A stretch of 40,000 bases of DNA from Anaerolineales bacterium (GTDB lineage Bacteria; Chloroflexota; Anaerolineae; 4572-78; J111): positions 773,747-813,746 of the forward strand of contig JABTUK010000005.1 of the NCBI GenBank assembly GCA_015075405.1, in the 5' to 3' direction. How positions within the stretch are numbered: the first letter of the stretch is position 1; the number at the start of each line of letters is the position of its first letter. The position numbers and the translations under genes are program-made. The notes under the pieces are model-generated. The model saw nothing but the letters and a program-made list of their open reading frames with translations, did no database searches and was not told the DNA's origin. Shown piece after piece: positions 17,126 to 24,839 of this stretch.

Positions 17126-19441
17126 ATGGCAGTTCAACTCCAAAATATTCCATCCCTACCTACCGAGCACGACACCTCTACGCCAAGCGTCCACTCTGAA
17201 ATCGAAAATCGGAAATCGGAAATCCAAAATCCCTGCGCGCTGTGTGGCCTGCCGGCGACTCGCCATCTGACCGAGTCTTTCAACGGCGAGACCTTGATTT
17301 TCTGCTGTTATGGCTGCCGCCACATCTATGAAATTGTGGCCCCCGACCTGGCCAACGGCCTGGATTTGCGGCAGGCCATTGGCCGGGCCGGTTTGGACCT
17401 CAACGCCCCCTGCTGCCGGGGGGCAATTCATGGCGACCCGGCCCAGGAAGCTGCTCGACTGCTCTCCCGGCTGATGCTCAACGCTTTTTTGGCGATGATG
17501 GTCATGGCCCTGAGCCTGTCGCTTTACTCCGATTTCTTTTTTGCCTCCTGGGGACAATTGGGCCAGGGGGTGCGCTCGATGTTGCAGGCCATTGCCATGC
17601 TCTTTGCCACCCCGGCCGTGCTGCTGCTGGCTTTGCCTATCCTCGAAGACGCCATCTTTACCTTTCAGGTTTACCGGCGCTTGACCACCAGCGCCCTGAT
17701 TGCCATTGGCAGCCTGGCCGCCTACGGACTGTCAGTTTATGCCACCTTCACCGGCCAGGGGCAAACTTATTTTGAAACGGCCACGATGACCCTTTTGCTG
17801 GTCACATTGGGCCGCTGGCTCGATGCCAAAACTCAGGTGGAGAGCGCCCGCGCCCTGGACGAGCTATTGGCTCGCACTCCGGCTGAGGCCAGCCTGATTA
17901 CAACTTCCGCGCAAAATGAGACAGAAATCCGTATTCCGGCTGACCAGCTTCAACCCGGCGACCGGATTCGGGTGCGCCCCGGCGAAAATTTTGCCGTGGA
18001 TGGTCGAGTCATCTCCGGCGAAGGCAGCGTTGACGAGGCCAGCATCACCGGTGAAGCGACCCCGGCCTACAAAGGCCCTGACCAGACCGTTTATGCCGGC
18101 ACTACTAATCTCGATGGCAGTTTCGTGGTCGAGGCCACCCAGGTGGGCGAAGAGCGGGTGATGGGCAAACTGGTCCGCCTGCTTGACGAAGCCCGCCTGC
18201 ATCGCGCCCCCATCGAGCGCCTGGCCGACCGGGTATCGGGCTATTTTGTGCCGCTGGTCATTGTGCTGGCGGCAGGAACGTTTGCTTATTGGACCTGGCA
18301 GGTCAACTTTGAACAGGGGTTGATGACCAGTCTGGCCGTGCTGCTCATCGCCTGTCCCTGCGCCCTGGGCGTCTCTACCCCCCTGGCTATTTGGGCCGGC
18401 TTGGGTCGGGCCGCCCAGCAAAGCGTGCTCATCCGCGACAGCATGACCCTGGAAAAATTGGCCCGCATTCGGCGTGTCTTTTTTGATAAAACGGGAACGT
18501 TGACCAGCGGGGAGTCCACTTTGGCTGAAGTTGTGGTTAGACGACCGGAGACCGGAGACCGGAGACCGGGTGAAATGAGGGGAGTGGTCACTCCGCAGGA
18601 GTTGCTGCAAATTGCTGCTTCGTTGGAACATGGCTCTGAGCACCCGTTGGGACGGTCTATTCAGGCGGCTGCCGCCGCTCAAAAGTTGCCCTTGCTGCCG
18701 GTTGAGAATTTCAAGGCGATGCCCGGTTTGGGCGTCACCGGCTCTGTAGAGGGTCAGACAATCTGGGTGGGTAGTTGGCGGTTGGTCGAGCAGCAGCAGT
18801 TGTTCTTACCAGCCGAATTGCGGGCAGAGCGTCAGCGGCTGGAGCAGGCCGGGGTAACTGTGGTGCATGTGGGCTGGGACGGGCTGGTGCAGGGGTTACT
18901 GGGCCTGGCCGAGACTGTCAGGCCAACCGCCGCCGCAGCCCTGGCCGACATGCAAAAGCGGCAAGTGTCGGTTCAGGTGTTAACCGGAGACAGCGCCGCC
19001 GCCGGGGGCGCTTTGGGCGAGCGGTTGAATGTGGAGGTGCAGAGCGAATTACTGCCCCACGACAAAGTAAAACTCATCGAACAGGCCGAAGCCGGCGGCC
19101 CGACGGCTATGGTCGGCGACGGCCTGAATGACGCCCCCGCGTTAGCCCGCGCCAGCGTGGGTATCGCCTTGGGCTGTGGGGCCGATGTGACCCGTGAAGC
19201 GGCTGATGTGAGCCTGTTGGGTACGGATTTGGCCCAAATCACCTGGACCCTGGCCCTGGCCCGGCGGGTCTACCGCACCATCGGTTGGAATCTGGCCCAA
19301 GCTTTTGCTTACAATGTGATTGGTATCGGCCTGGCGATGGCCGGCTATATGCACCCAGTTCTGGCCGCTGCGGCGATGGTGGTGAGCAGCTTGATTGTAG
19401 TCAGCAATTCCTTGCGCATCTTCAGATTTAAGAGTATTTAG
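17126..19441 (+). CDS. Heavy-metal (copper) translocating P1B-type ATPase, CcoI/FixI-like
   Basis: 771 aa. N-terminal CALCG...FCCYGCRHIY metal-binding domain. Also has TM CPC (IACPCALG), DKTGTLT and GDGLNDAPAL. Confidence 0.9.
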   Translation: MAVQLQNIPSLPTEHDTSTPSVHSEIENRKSEIQNPCALCGLPATRHLTESFNGETLIFCCYGCRHIYEIVAPDLANGLDLRQAIGRAGLDLNAPCCRGAIHGDPAQEAARLLSRLMLNAFLAMMVMALSLSLYSDFFFASWGQLGQGVRSMLQAIAMLFATPAVLLLALPILEDAIFTFQVYRRLTTSALIAIGSLAAYGLSVYATFTGQGQTYFETATMTLLLVTLGRWLDAKTQVESARALDELLARTPAEASLITTSAQNETEIRIPADQLQPGDRIRVRPGENFAVDGRVISGEGSVDEASITGEATPAYKGPDQTVYAGTTNLDGSFVVEATQVGEERVMGKLVRLLDEARLHRAPIERLADRVSGYFVPLVIVLAAGTFAYWTWQVNFEQGLMTSLAVLLIACPCALGVSTPLAIWAGLGRAAQQSVLIRDSMTLEKLARIRRVFFDKTGTLTSGESTLAEVVVRRPETGDRRPGEMRGVVTPQELLQIAASLEHGSEHPLGRSIQAAAAAQKLPLLPVENFKAMPGLGVTGSVEGQTIWVGSWRLVEQQQLFLPAELRAERQRLEQAGVTVVHVGWDGLVQGLLGLAETVRPTAAAALADMQKRQVSVQVLTGDSAAAGGALGERLNVEVQSELLPHDKVKLIEQAEAGGPTAMVGDGLNDAPALARASVGIALGCGADVTREAADVSLLGTDLAQITWTLALARRVYRTIGWNLAQAFAYNVIGIGLAMAGYMHPVLAAAAMVVSSLIVVSNSLRIFRFKSI
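17198..17232. repeat. In-frame heptamer tandem array (GAAATC/GGAAATC x about 5) inside the ATPase 5' region
   Basis: gaaatcgaaaatcggaaatcggaaatccaaaatcc, translated as EIENRKSEIQN. Confidence 0.8.
18544..18569. repeat. In-frame heptamer tandem array (ACCGGAG x3 plus a partial unit) inside the ATPase
   Basis: accggagaccggagaccggagaccggg, translated as the PETGDRRPG part of RRPETGDRRPGEMRG, shortly after DKTGTLT. Confidence 0.85.
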
Positions 19442-19500
19442 CGAGACGAGGAGGCGATGACGCGAGGACGCGAAGCATTTCCTCGCCTCACGAGTCATGC
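19441..19500. repeat. GAGGCGA word-type repeat, third family member
   Basis: gcgagacgaggaggcgatgacgcgaggacgcgaagcatttcctcgcctcacgagtcatgc, directly after the ATPase stop. Confidence 0.5.
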
Positions 19501-19519
19501 ATCTTCAAGGAGGCTCAAA

Positions 19520-20092
19520 ATGCAAAAATTTTGGACGGCCCTAAAGCAAAACTTCTGGCCTATTTCGGCTCTGATTTTCTGCCCGTGTCACCTGCCCTTG
19601 AGCATGGCGGCCATCGCCAGTTTGACGGCGGGGACAGTGGTGGGCGGATTTATTTCGACCCATTACAGTTCGATTGAAACGGTGCTGGCTGTAGCTTTCT
19701 CATTCTATTTTGTGCTGGCCTTTATGATTTGGGTGGTGCGCGGCCCTCAGCCGGTTAAAGGCGCTGCCTGTGTCATCGGCCCGCGCGGCGAGCAGCGTCC
19801 CACCGGTCTCTCGACCAAGCAAATTATTGTGTGGGGCATTATCGGCATGTTTACCATGCCGGCGCTCATTGCCATCAGCCTTTTTACCAAGCAAAATTTT
19901 GCCGATGGCGTGTTGAGCCAGGTTTTTGCAGTCAACCCCGATTTGAACTCCGGCTTGATTTGGCTGATTAGCCTCTCGACGGTGGTCATGATTCCGGTCA
20001 TGGTTATCTGGCTGGCCTGGATGTGGCTGGCCTGGTCTAAACGGGACTCTTCTCAGAGCGAGCCGGAGAGTTGGAGTTATGAATACGAATAA
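19520..20092 (+). CDS. Membrane protein with a MerE-like CPCHLP motif in its first TM helix
   Basis: Start set at the ATG at 19520, after AGGAGG. LIFCPCHLPLSMAA matches the TCPCHLPIL signature I recall from MerE. Five to six predicted TM helices. Confidence 0.5.
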   Translation: MQKFWTALKQNFWPISALIFCPCHLPLSMAAIASLTAGTVVGGFISTHYSSIETVLAVAFSFYFVLAFMIWVVRGPQPVKGAACVIGPRGEQRPTGLSTKQIIVWGIIGMFTMPALIAISLFTKQNFADGVLSQVFAVNPDLNSGLIWLISLSTVVMIPVMVIWLAWMWLAWSKRDSSQSEPESWSYEYE

Positions 20093-20387
20093 TTCAAACC
20101 CGCCTGTGGCTGAGGTGGAAAAAGCTCGACCCCGTTGGCCGCTGAAAACGCTGATTGAGTTGTTGCCCCTCCTTATTGCGCTGACGGCTATTTTTAGCTA
20201 CTCTACTATTCGCAATGTGACCAATGTGGCCCTGATTACACCCCTCAACGAAGTGCTGGGCGGTGTGCCGCTGTGGGTGGCCGGGTTGATGGGGCTGGTG
20301 GCCCTGGTGGGCCTGCTGGGGATGGGCTGGCTGATTTACCTGTTCAGCCGTGCCCCTGTTGCTCCAGATGGCAGTGATGAGGAATAG
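20079..20387 (+). CDS. Hypothetical 2-TM membrane protein
   Basis: 102-aa ORF overlapping the previous stop by 14 nt. Two hydrophobic helices. Confidence 0.45.
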   Translation: MNTNNSNPPVAEVEKARPRWPLKTLIELLPLLIALTAIFSYSTIRNVTNVALITPLNEVLGGVPLWVAGLMGLVALVGLLGMGWLIYLFSRAPVAPDGSDEE

Positions 20388-20405
20388 AGGATAGAAGATA
20401 GAGGA

Positions 20406-20498
20406 TCAGTAGATCCAAATTTGAGGAGCCAGCACGCCCACGTGCGGCTCCGTGCGGCACGTGGGCGTGCCGCACTCCTCGAAAATTGGATCCACTGA
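20406..20498. repeat. 93-bp long-hairpin element, copy 1 (TCAGTAGATCCAAATTTG... / ...CAAAATTGGATCCACTGA)
   Basis: Outer arms tcagtagatccaaatttgaggag / ctcctcgaaaattggatccactga. GC-rich inner palindrome cacgcccacgtgc...gcacgtgggcgtg. Confidence 0.75.
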
Positions 20499-20553
20499 GG
20501 ATAGTAAATGGATGATTTGGAAAAAGGCAATTTGATGGATGGGATTGTAGTTT

Positions 20554-21264
20554 ATGCTTAAATTAGTGGGTAAAAATGGGTGGTTGACCGGCTTGTTGAT
20601 TTTTTCAATGCCCATTATGCTGGTTTTCTTTTTGGGCAGCCAGATGGCTTATAGCCAGGTAAACAGCCAGTTCGAGACTTATCAAAACATTCCCGAAGTT
20701 ACGAGTCTGGCCCAATTGGAGACAATCCCTGCCGGTCAGGTGGTCATGGTGCGCGGCCAGATTGCCGTATCGCCCCCTAATACCCCCAGTTCGAATTTGC
20801 TCATTTTTCAGGAACGTCCGACTGAAGGTCGAGAAGTTCGCTTTGGCGAAGAATTTCCTCTGGTTTTTCCAGAGTTTGAAATGAGTTTAAACGATGGTCA
20901 AATCAAGATTAACCCCAGCCTCACCCGCGAGCGCATCATCCAGCATGAACTACACGCCATTACCCAGGGCGAGCTGACCCTCACCGGCTTCCGCCCCGGC
21001 GATCTGGTTACGGTGCAGGGCGAGTGGCAGCCCGCCGCCGCCACCCTGAGTGAAGCCACCGGCATTACCGGGGCCGATAAAGCCAGCCTGATGGCCGAAT
21101 GGCAAGACTCCTTTAAGCTAGTCGGTTGGGTCAGAAATGGACTGGGCCTCTTGACTCTAGCGGGCCTGGTTTTACTGGTGGCGCGCATACGCCAGGCCAG
21201 AACCAGGCCGATGGCAGATGAACCATGTCAAACCCCGAAGACCGAGACCGCGACAACAGCATAG
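20554..21264 (+). CDS. Hypothetical membrane-anchored protein (N- and C-terminal TM helices)
   Basis: 236-aa ORF. No motif recognised. Confidence 0.5.
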   Translation: MLKLVGKNGWLTGLLIFSMPIMLVFFLGSQMAYSQVNSQFETYQNIPEVTSLAQLETIPAGQVVMVRGQIAVSPPNTPSSNLLIFQERPTEGREVRFGEEFPLVFPEFEMSLNDGQIKINPSLTRERIIQHELHAITQGELTLTGFRPGDLVTVQGEWQPAAATLSEATGITGADKASLMAEWQDSFKLVGWVRNGLGLLTLAGLVLLVARIRQARTRPMADEPCQTPKTETATTA

Positions 21265-21428
21265 CCACCATCATGGTAGTGGTGGTGGCGCTGGCTATCC
21301 TGATTATCACGGTTTTGACCATCACCGCGATTATGGCCGGACCGCCATCTGTGTGATATACCTCCCGACAAAAGATGACATCTCTCACTACCCAATTGAC
21401 CCAGAACAACCTATAATCAGAGCCAGTT

Positions 21429-21521
21429 TCAGTAGATCAAAATTTGCTCGGCCCGGATTGCCAAATCCGGGCCAAAATGGGGATTTGGCAATCCCCTTTG
21501 AGCAAAAATCGGATCTATTGA
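21429..21521. repeat. 93-bp long-hairpin element, copy 2
   Basis: tcagtagatcaaaatttgctc ... gagcaaaaatcggatctattga. Different inner palindrome (ggattgccaaatcc / ggggatttggcaatcccc). Same length and same outer arms as copy 1. Confidence 0.75.
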
Positions 21522-21539
21522 ATTTAGGTAAAGGGGAAC

Positions 21540-22442
21540 TTGAGCGTGGCTAAACCTGCTTTTTTTGATTACCCAACTTTTAAAGAAACAAAAATTCCCA
21601 AAGTGCGGCTGGCCCACTGGAAGCCGGTCACGCTCTACACGCGCTATCGCTGGCTGGTGCAGGCGTTGGTGGTCATCTCCTTTGTTCTCATGCCGGAACT
21701 GCGCTGGCTAAAACTTGATTTTACCAACAACCAGTACTGGCTCTTCGGCTACCAGGTTTCGATGACGATTGCCCTGCAAGCAGTGGTCATTTTGTGGCTG
21801 GGCATTTATTTTATCAACTTTTTTGAAAATTATCTCATTGGACGGCTGTTGTGCGGCTGGATTTGCCCCTGGGGCCTGCTCAACCGCCTGGGGATGATTA
21901 TTAATCACGCTCTGCGCCGCCACGGGCAACGGGCGCTGCTGCTGGCTGCGGCCAATCTGATTTTTGCCATAACCGCCACCCTGGTGGTGATGAATTGGCT
22001 GATTGACCTGGGGACATTGCTGCAACCCCAGCACCCTTACTTTACCTGGGTCTGGGGCGCTTTTGGCCTGTTGGTGCTGCTGGGATTTGTAATTTTGCAG
22101 CGCATGGGCTTCAAATTTTGCGAGAGTATCTGCCCCTTTGGCATGTACCTGACCGTCGTGACCCAAAAAAACTCGCTGCGGATCATGTTTGATTCCAGCC
22201 GAGCCTGCGTGGAATGTGGCCTGTGTACTCAGGTTTGTCCGATGGACCTTTCGCCCCGTGAGATGGACTTTAAGGACTCGATGAACGGCGGCTTTGGCCA
22301 ATGTATTCTCTGCGGCGATTGCATTGACGTGTGCCAGGTCCGCATGGATTTAGAAGGTCTGCCGCCGCCGCTGCGCTGGAACACGGCTGAAGGGATTATT
22401 CCGCTGCTGCCGGTTGAAGCAAAACAGGCGGGCAGGTCGTAA
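21540..22442 (+). CDS. Integral-membrane 4Fe-4S ferredoxin, CcoG/FixG/RdxA-like
   Basis: TTG start. CGWICPWG membrane motif plus two ferredoxin clusters (CVECGLCTQVCP, CILCGDCIDVC). Confidence 0.7.
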   Translation: MSVAKPAFFDYPTFKETKIPKVRLAHWKPVTLYTRYRWLVQALVVISFVLMPELRWLKLDFTNNQYWLFGYQVSMTIALQAVVILWLGIYFINFFENYLIGRLLCGWICPWGLLNRLGMIINHALRRHGQRALLLAAANLIFAITATLVVMNWLIDLGTLLQPQHPYFTWVWGAFGLLVLLGFVILQRMGFKFCESICPFGMYLTVVTQKNSLRIMFDSSRACVECGLCTQVCPMDLSPREMDFKDSMNGGFGQCILCGDCIDVCQVRMDLEGLPPPLRWNTAEGIIPLLPVEAKQAGRS

Positions 22443-22449
22443 GCGCAAG

Positions 22450-23595
22450 ATGAACCTCTCCGCCGACACCCAAACTGTGTCTCGCCCAACTCGTCCGCCC
22501 GCCCCTCGACCAACTACCCAAATGATGATAGGCTGTTTTATCATTCCCTTGTTGGTGGCTGCTATTCTGGGTGCGGTGTTTATGATGGTCCGGGCTAATG
22601 CTTCCTCCAGCCTGACCGTTCCGGCCAAACAAATCCTGCTGGTGCGCCTGTCCCCGGATGAAACTGCCCCGCTGCTGGCCCGTTTTGGCGAAGGGCGCTC
22701 GCTCAAAATTACCGGGCGTACCCCGGATTGGGGCTGGTTAGAGGTAGAATTATGGGATAACCAGCGCGGCTGGACTCTGCGGCCCCTCGACACTCTGGTT
22801 TGGCAGCTCAAAGCCCCGGAAACAACCCCCACCCCTGCCGAAGCTCAAGCAGTAAGCGTCACCCCCGTCGCTGAGGAGATGATAACTATACCGGCGGCCA
22901 CTTTCACTATGGGCAGTCCACCGGGAATAGGCGAGGATGATGAGCGCCCGGCCCACTTGGTCAAGCTATCGGCGTTTGAACTGGACCGCACCGAGGTGAC
23001 TGTGGGGCAATACTGGCAGTGTGTGACCGCCGGGGCTTGCGCCGCACCCACTGCGGATTCCAGCGCGGATGAGCCTCACTATCTTAACGACCCTGTTTTT
23101 GACAATCACCCGGTGGTCAATGTCCCCTGGCTGGAAGCAAGTCATTATTGTGCCTGGCGCGGTAAGCGTTTACCCACCGAAGCCGAATGGGAATTGGCCG
23201 CCGGTTGGGATGCGGAGCGCGGAGCCAAGTTGCAGTGGCCCTGGGGCAATGAGGCCGCCTCCGGGCCGGTCAATGTGGGGGATACGTCGCTGGGTAAAGC
23301 GGCAACGGTAGGCAGCCAGGCAGCGGACAAATCGCCGCTGGGGGCGCTAGATCTGGGCGGGAATGTCAGCGAATGGGTCTTTGATTGGTACAAGGTTGAC
23401 TATTACAGTGTAGCCGATGAAACCAACCCCATCGGGCCAACCAACCGGCGCGGCGAAGGAACCGGGCGAGTGGTCAGAGGGGGTTCTTTTGTTGACTCCC
23501 TGGAGCAGGCCCGGATTGCTAATCGGAGAAACCAGGCTGCGGAATATGGCTACCCCAGCGTGGGCTTTCGCTGCGCCAGGGATAATGATTTTTGA
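22450..23595 (+). CDS. Formylglycine-generating-enzyme (SUMF1/EgtB/PvdO) family protein with N-terminal TM and SH3-like domain
   Basis: Start set at the ATG at 22450, just after the previous stop. FGE-sulfatase motifs (RVVRGGSF, GFRCARD, HPVVNVPW). SH3b-like segment (LKITGRTPDWGWLEVELWDNQRGW). Confidence 0.8.
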   Translation: MNLSADTQTVSRPTRPPAPRPTTQMMIGCFIIPLLVAAILGAVFMMVRANASSSLTVPAKQILLVRLSPDETAPLLARFGEGRSLKITGRTPDWGWLEVELWDNQRGWTLRPLDTLVWQLKAPETTPTPAEAQAVSVTPVAEEMITIPAATFTMGSPPGIGEDDERPAHLVKLSAFELDRTEVTVGQYWQCVTAGACAAPTADSSADEPHYLNDPVFDNHPVVNVPWLEASHYCAWRGKRLPTEAEWELAAGWDAERGAKLQWPWGNEAASGPVNVGDTSLGKAATVGSQAADKSPLGALDLGGNVSEWVFDWYKVDYYSVADETNPIGPTNRRGEGTGRVVRGGSFVDSLEQARIANRRNQAAEYGYPSVGFRCARDNDF

Positions 23596-23796
23596 TGGTC
23601 AAATGGGTCCATTGATGGTGCAAATGGATGGCCGCCCGGAACAAGGTCTACATCGCCCTAGCCTACCACAGGGCGGGATAGCGGTCAACCACCGCTTGCA
23701 GGTGACGCAGTTGATGGGCCAGACACAACTGATGGCGTTTGGCTTTGAGTTGAGCATAGCACAGTTAGGCTTGTTTTTGGTAAAAACTATCGTCGG

Positions 23797-24351
23797 TTAG
23801 TCGGTGAGTAGATACTGATGTTGGGCCATACTCACCTGGCCCAGGGCCAGGGCGCTTTCGCCCAGGAGATTAAGGCAGTAGGCCATAAACCAGCGGTCAT
23901 CCCGCTGTTGGGCCAGGGTATAGGCTTGTTGGGCATAGTGCCGGGCTGGCTGGTAATGGCCCTGGCCAAAGGCGGCGCTGGCCAGGGCGTAATAGGCCAT
24001 GCAAAGATTTGGCTGATGCCGGTGGGCCTCGCTTTCCCGCCGCGCCTGCTGCCCATACTGAAGCGCGAGGGGGTAATCACCCCGAATCGTGGCAATCAGG
24101 CTCAAGGGTAAGGCAGGGTCCGTGCCGAAACCAGGTATAGCCGGAAGATCGAGCTGCCGGTAGAGATCGCCGCATTGTTGCAGCATCACCTCGGCCTGGT
24201 CCAATCGGCCCAGGCGGATGAGCATCCAGCCCCACCAGATAAGCACATGTTGCCCGTCTAGCCAAACTTCCGGGCTGCCGAGCAGTTCCAGTTCCAGTTT
24301 GCCTCTGTTTTGTTCCTGACTCATGGTCAAAAAGGGCAACTGCTCGGACAT
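23797..24351 (-). pseudogene. TPR-repeat fragment, apparently 5'-truncated at a MITE insertion
   Basis: TPR-like helices (YALASAAFGQGHYQPARHYAQQAYTLA...). The only ATG start lies inside the terminal repeat of MITE copy c, and no upstream continuation exists on this strand. Confidence 0.4.
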
Positions 24352-24446
24352 GTCATTTCGACCGAAGGGAGAAATCTCTGATGCCTATGTGGACCTGTAG
24401 GGATTTCTCAGCCTGCGGCCTCGAAATGACATGAAGGGAGTAATTA
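24338..24446. mobile_element. MITE-like palindromic element, copy c (inverted relative to copies a and b)
   Basis: caactgctcggacatgtcatttcgaccgaagggagaaatc ... gatttctcagcctgcggcctcgaaatgacatgaagggagtaatta. Confidence 0.7.
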
Positions 24447-24635
24447 CCAAAAAAATCTATCTCGTTGCAGTTTCGTTGCACCCAGATGGCAGTTTCGCTG
24501 CAACCACCCGCTATACTGAGACTAATCAATTATAACGTAATTCGTTGGCCCTGTGAAATTAGCTTGAAAGCTGAATATCAGACCCCAATGAGTTACCATT
24601 TAGCCAAAAAGTATTTTAGCAAACAGGAGAAAAAA

Positions 24636-24773
24636 ATGGATACCTTTGCTTTAACCACTGAACAAACCGCTCAACCCGACCAATTTTTTCAGCTTGAACC
24701 AGAACATCAAACCGGCCAACAGCAGTCTTTAGACTCGTATTGCGTGTTGCGTATCACCTCGTTCCCAAACTGA
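24636..24773 (+). CDS. Possible 45-aa small ORF (MDTFALTTEQTAQPDQFFQLEPEHQTGQQQSLDSYCVLRITSFPN)
   Basis: AGGAGA lies 6 nt upstream of the ATG. The stop codon sits in the loop of a perfect palindrome. No homology recognised. Confidence 0.2.
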   Translation: MDTFALTTEQTAQPDQFFQLEPEHQTGQQQSLDSYCVLRITSFPN

Positions 24774-24789
24774 GTTTGGGAACGAGGTG
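24755..24789. terminator. Perfect 35-nt palindrome between convergent genes (no U-tract)
   Basis: cacctcgttcccaaac-tga-gtttgggaacgaggtg. Confidence 0.4.
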
Positions 24790-24839
24790 AAATTAGCGGG
24801 AAAGCGGGATGCCATGCCCGTTATCCTCTCAAATCGCGC

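Noticed and set aside
23417-23800. 127-aa ORF overlapping the 3' end of the FGE-like gene and the following spacer.
   Set aside because: It is out of frame with, and mostly inside, the well-supported FGE gene, and has no independent signals.
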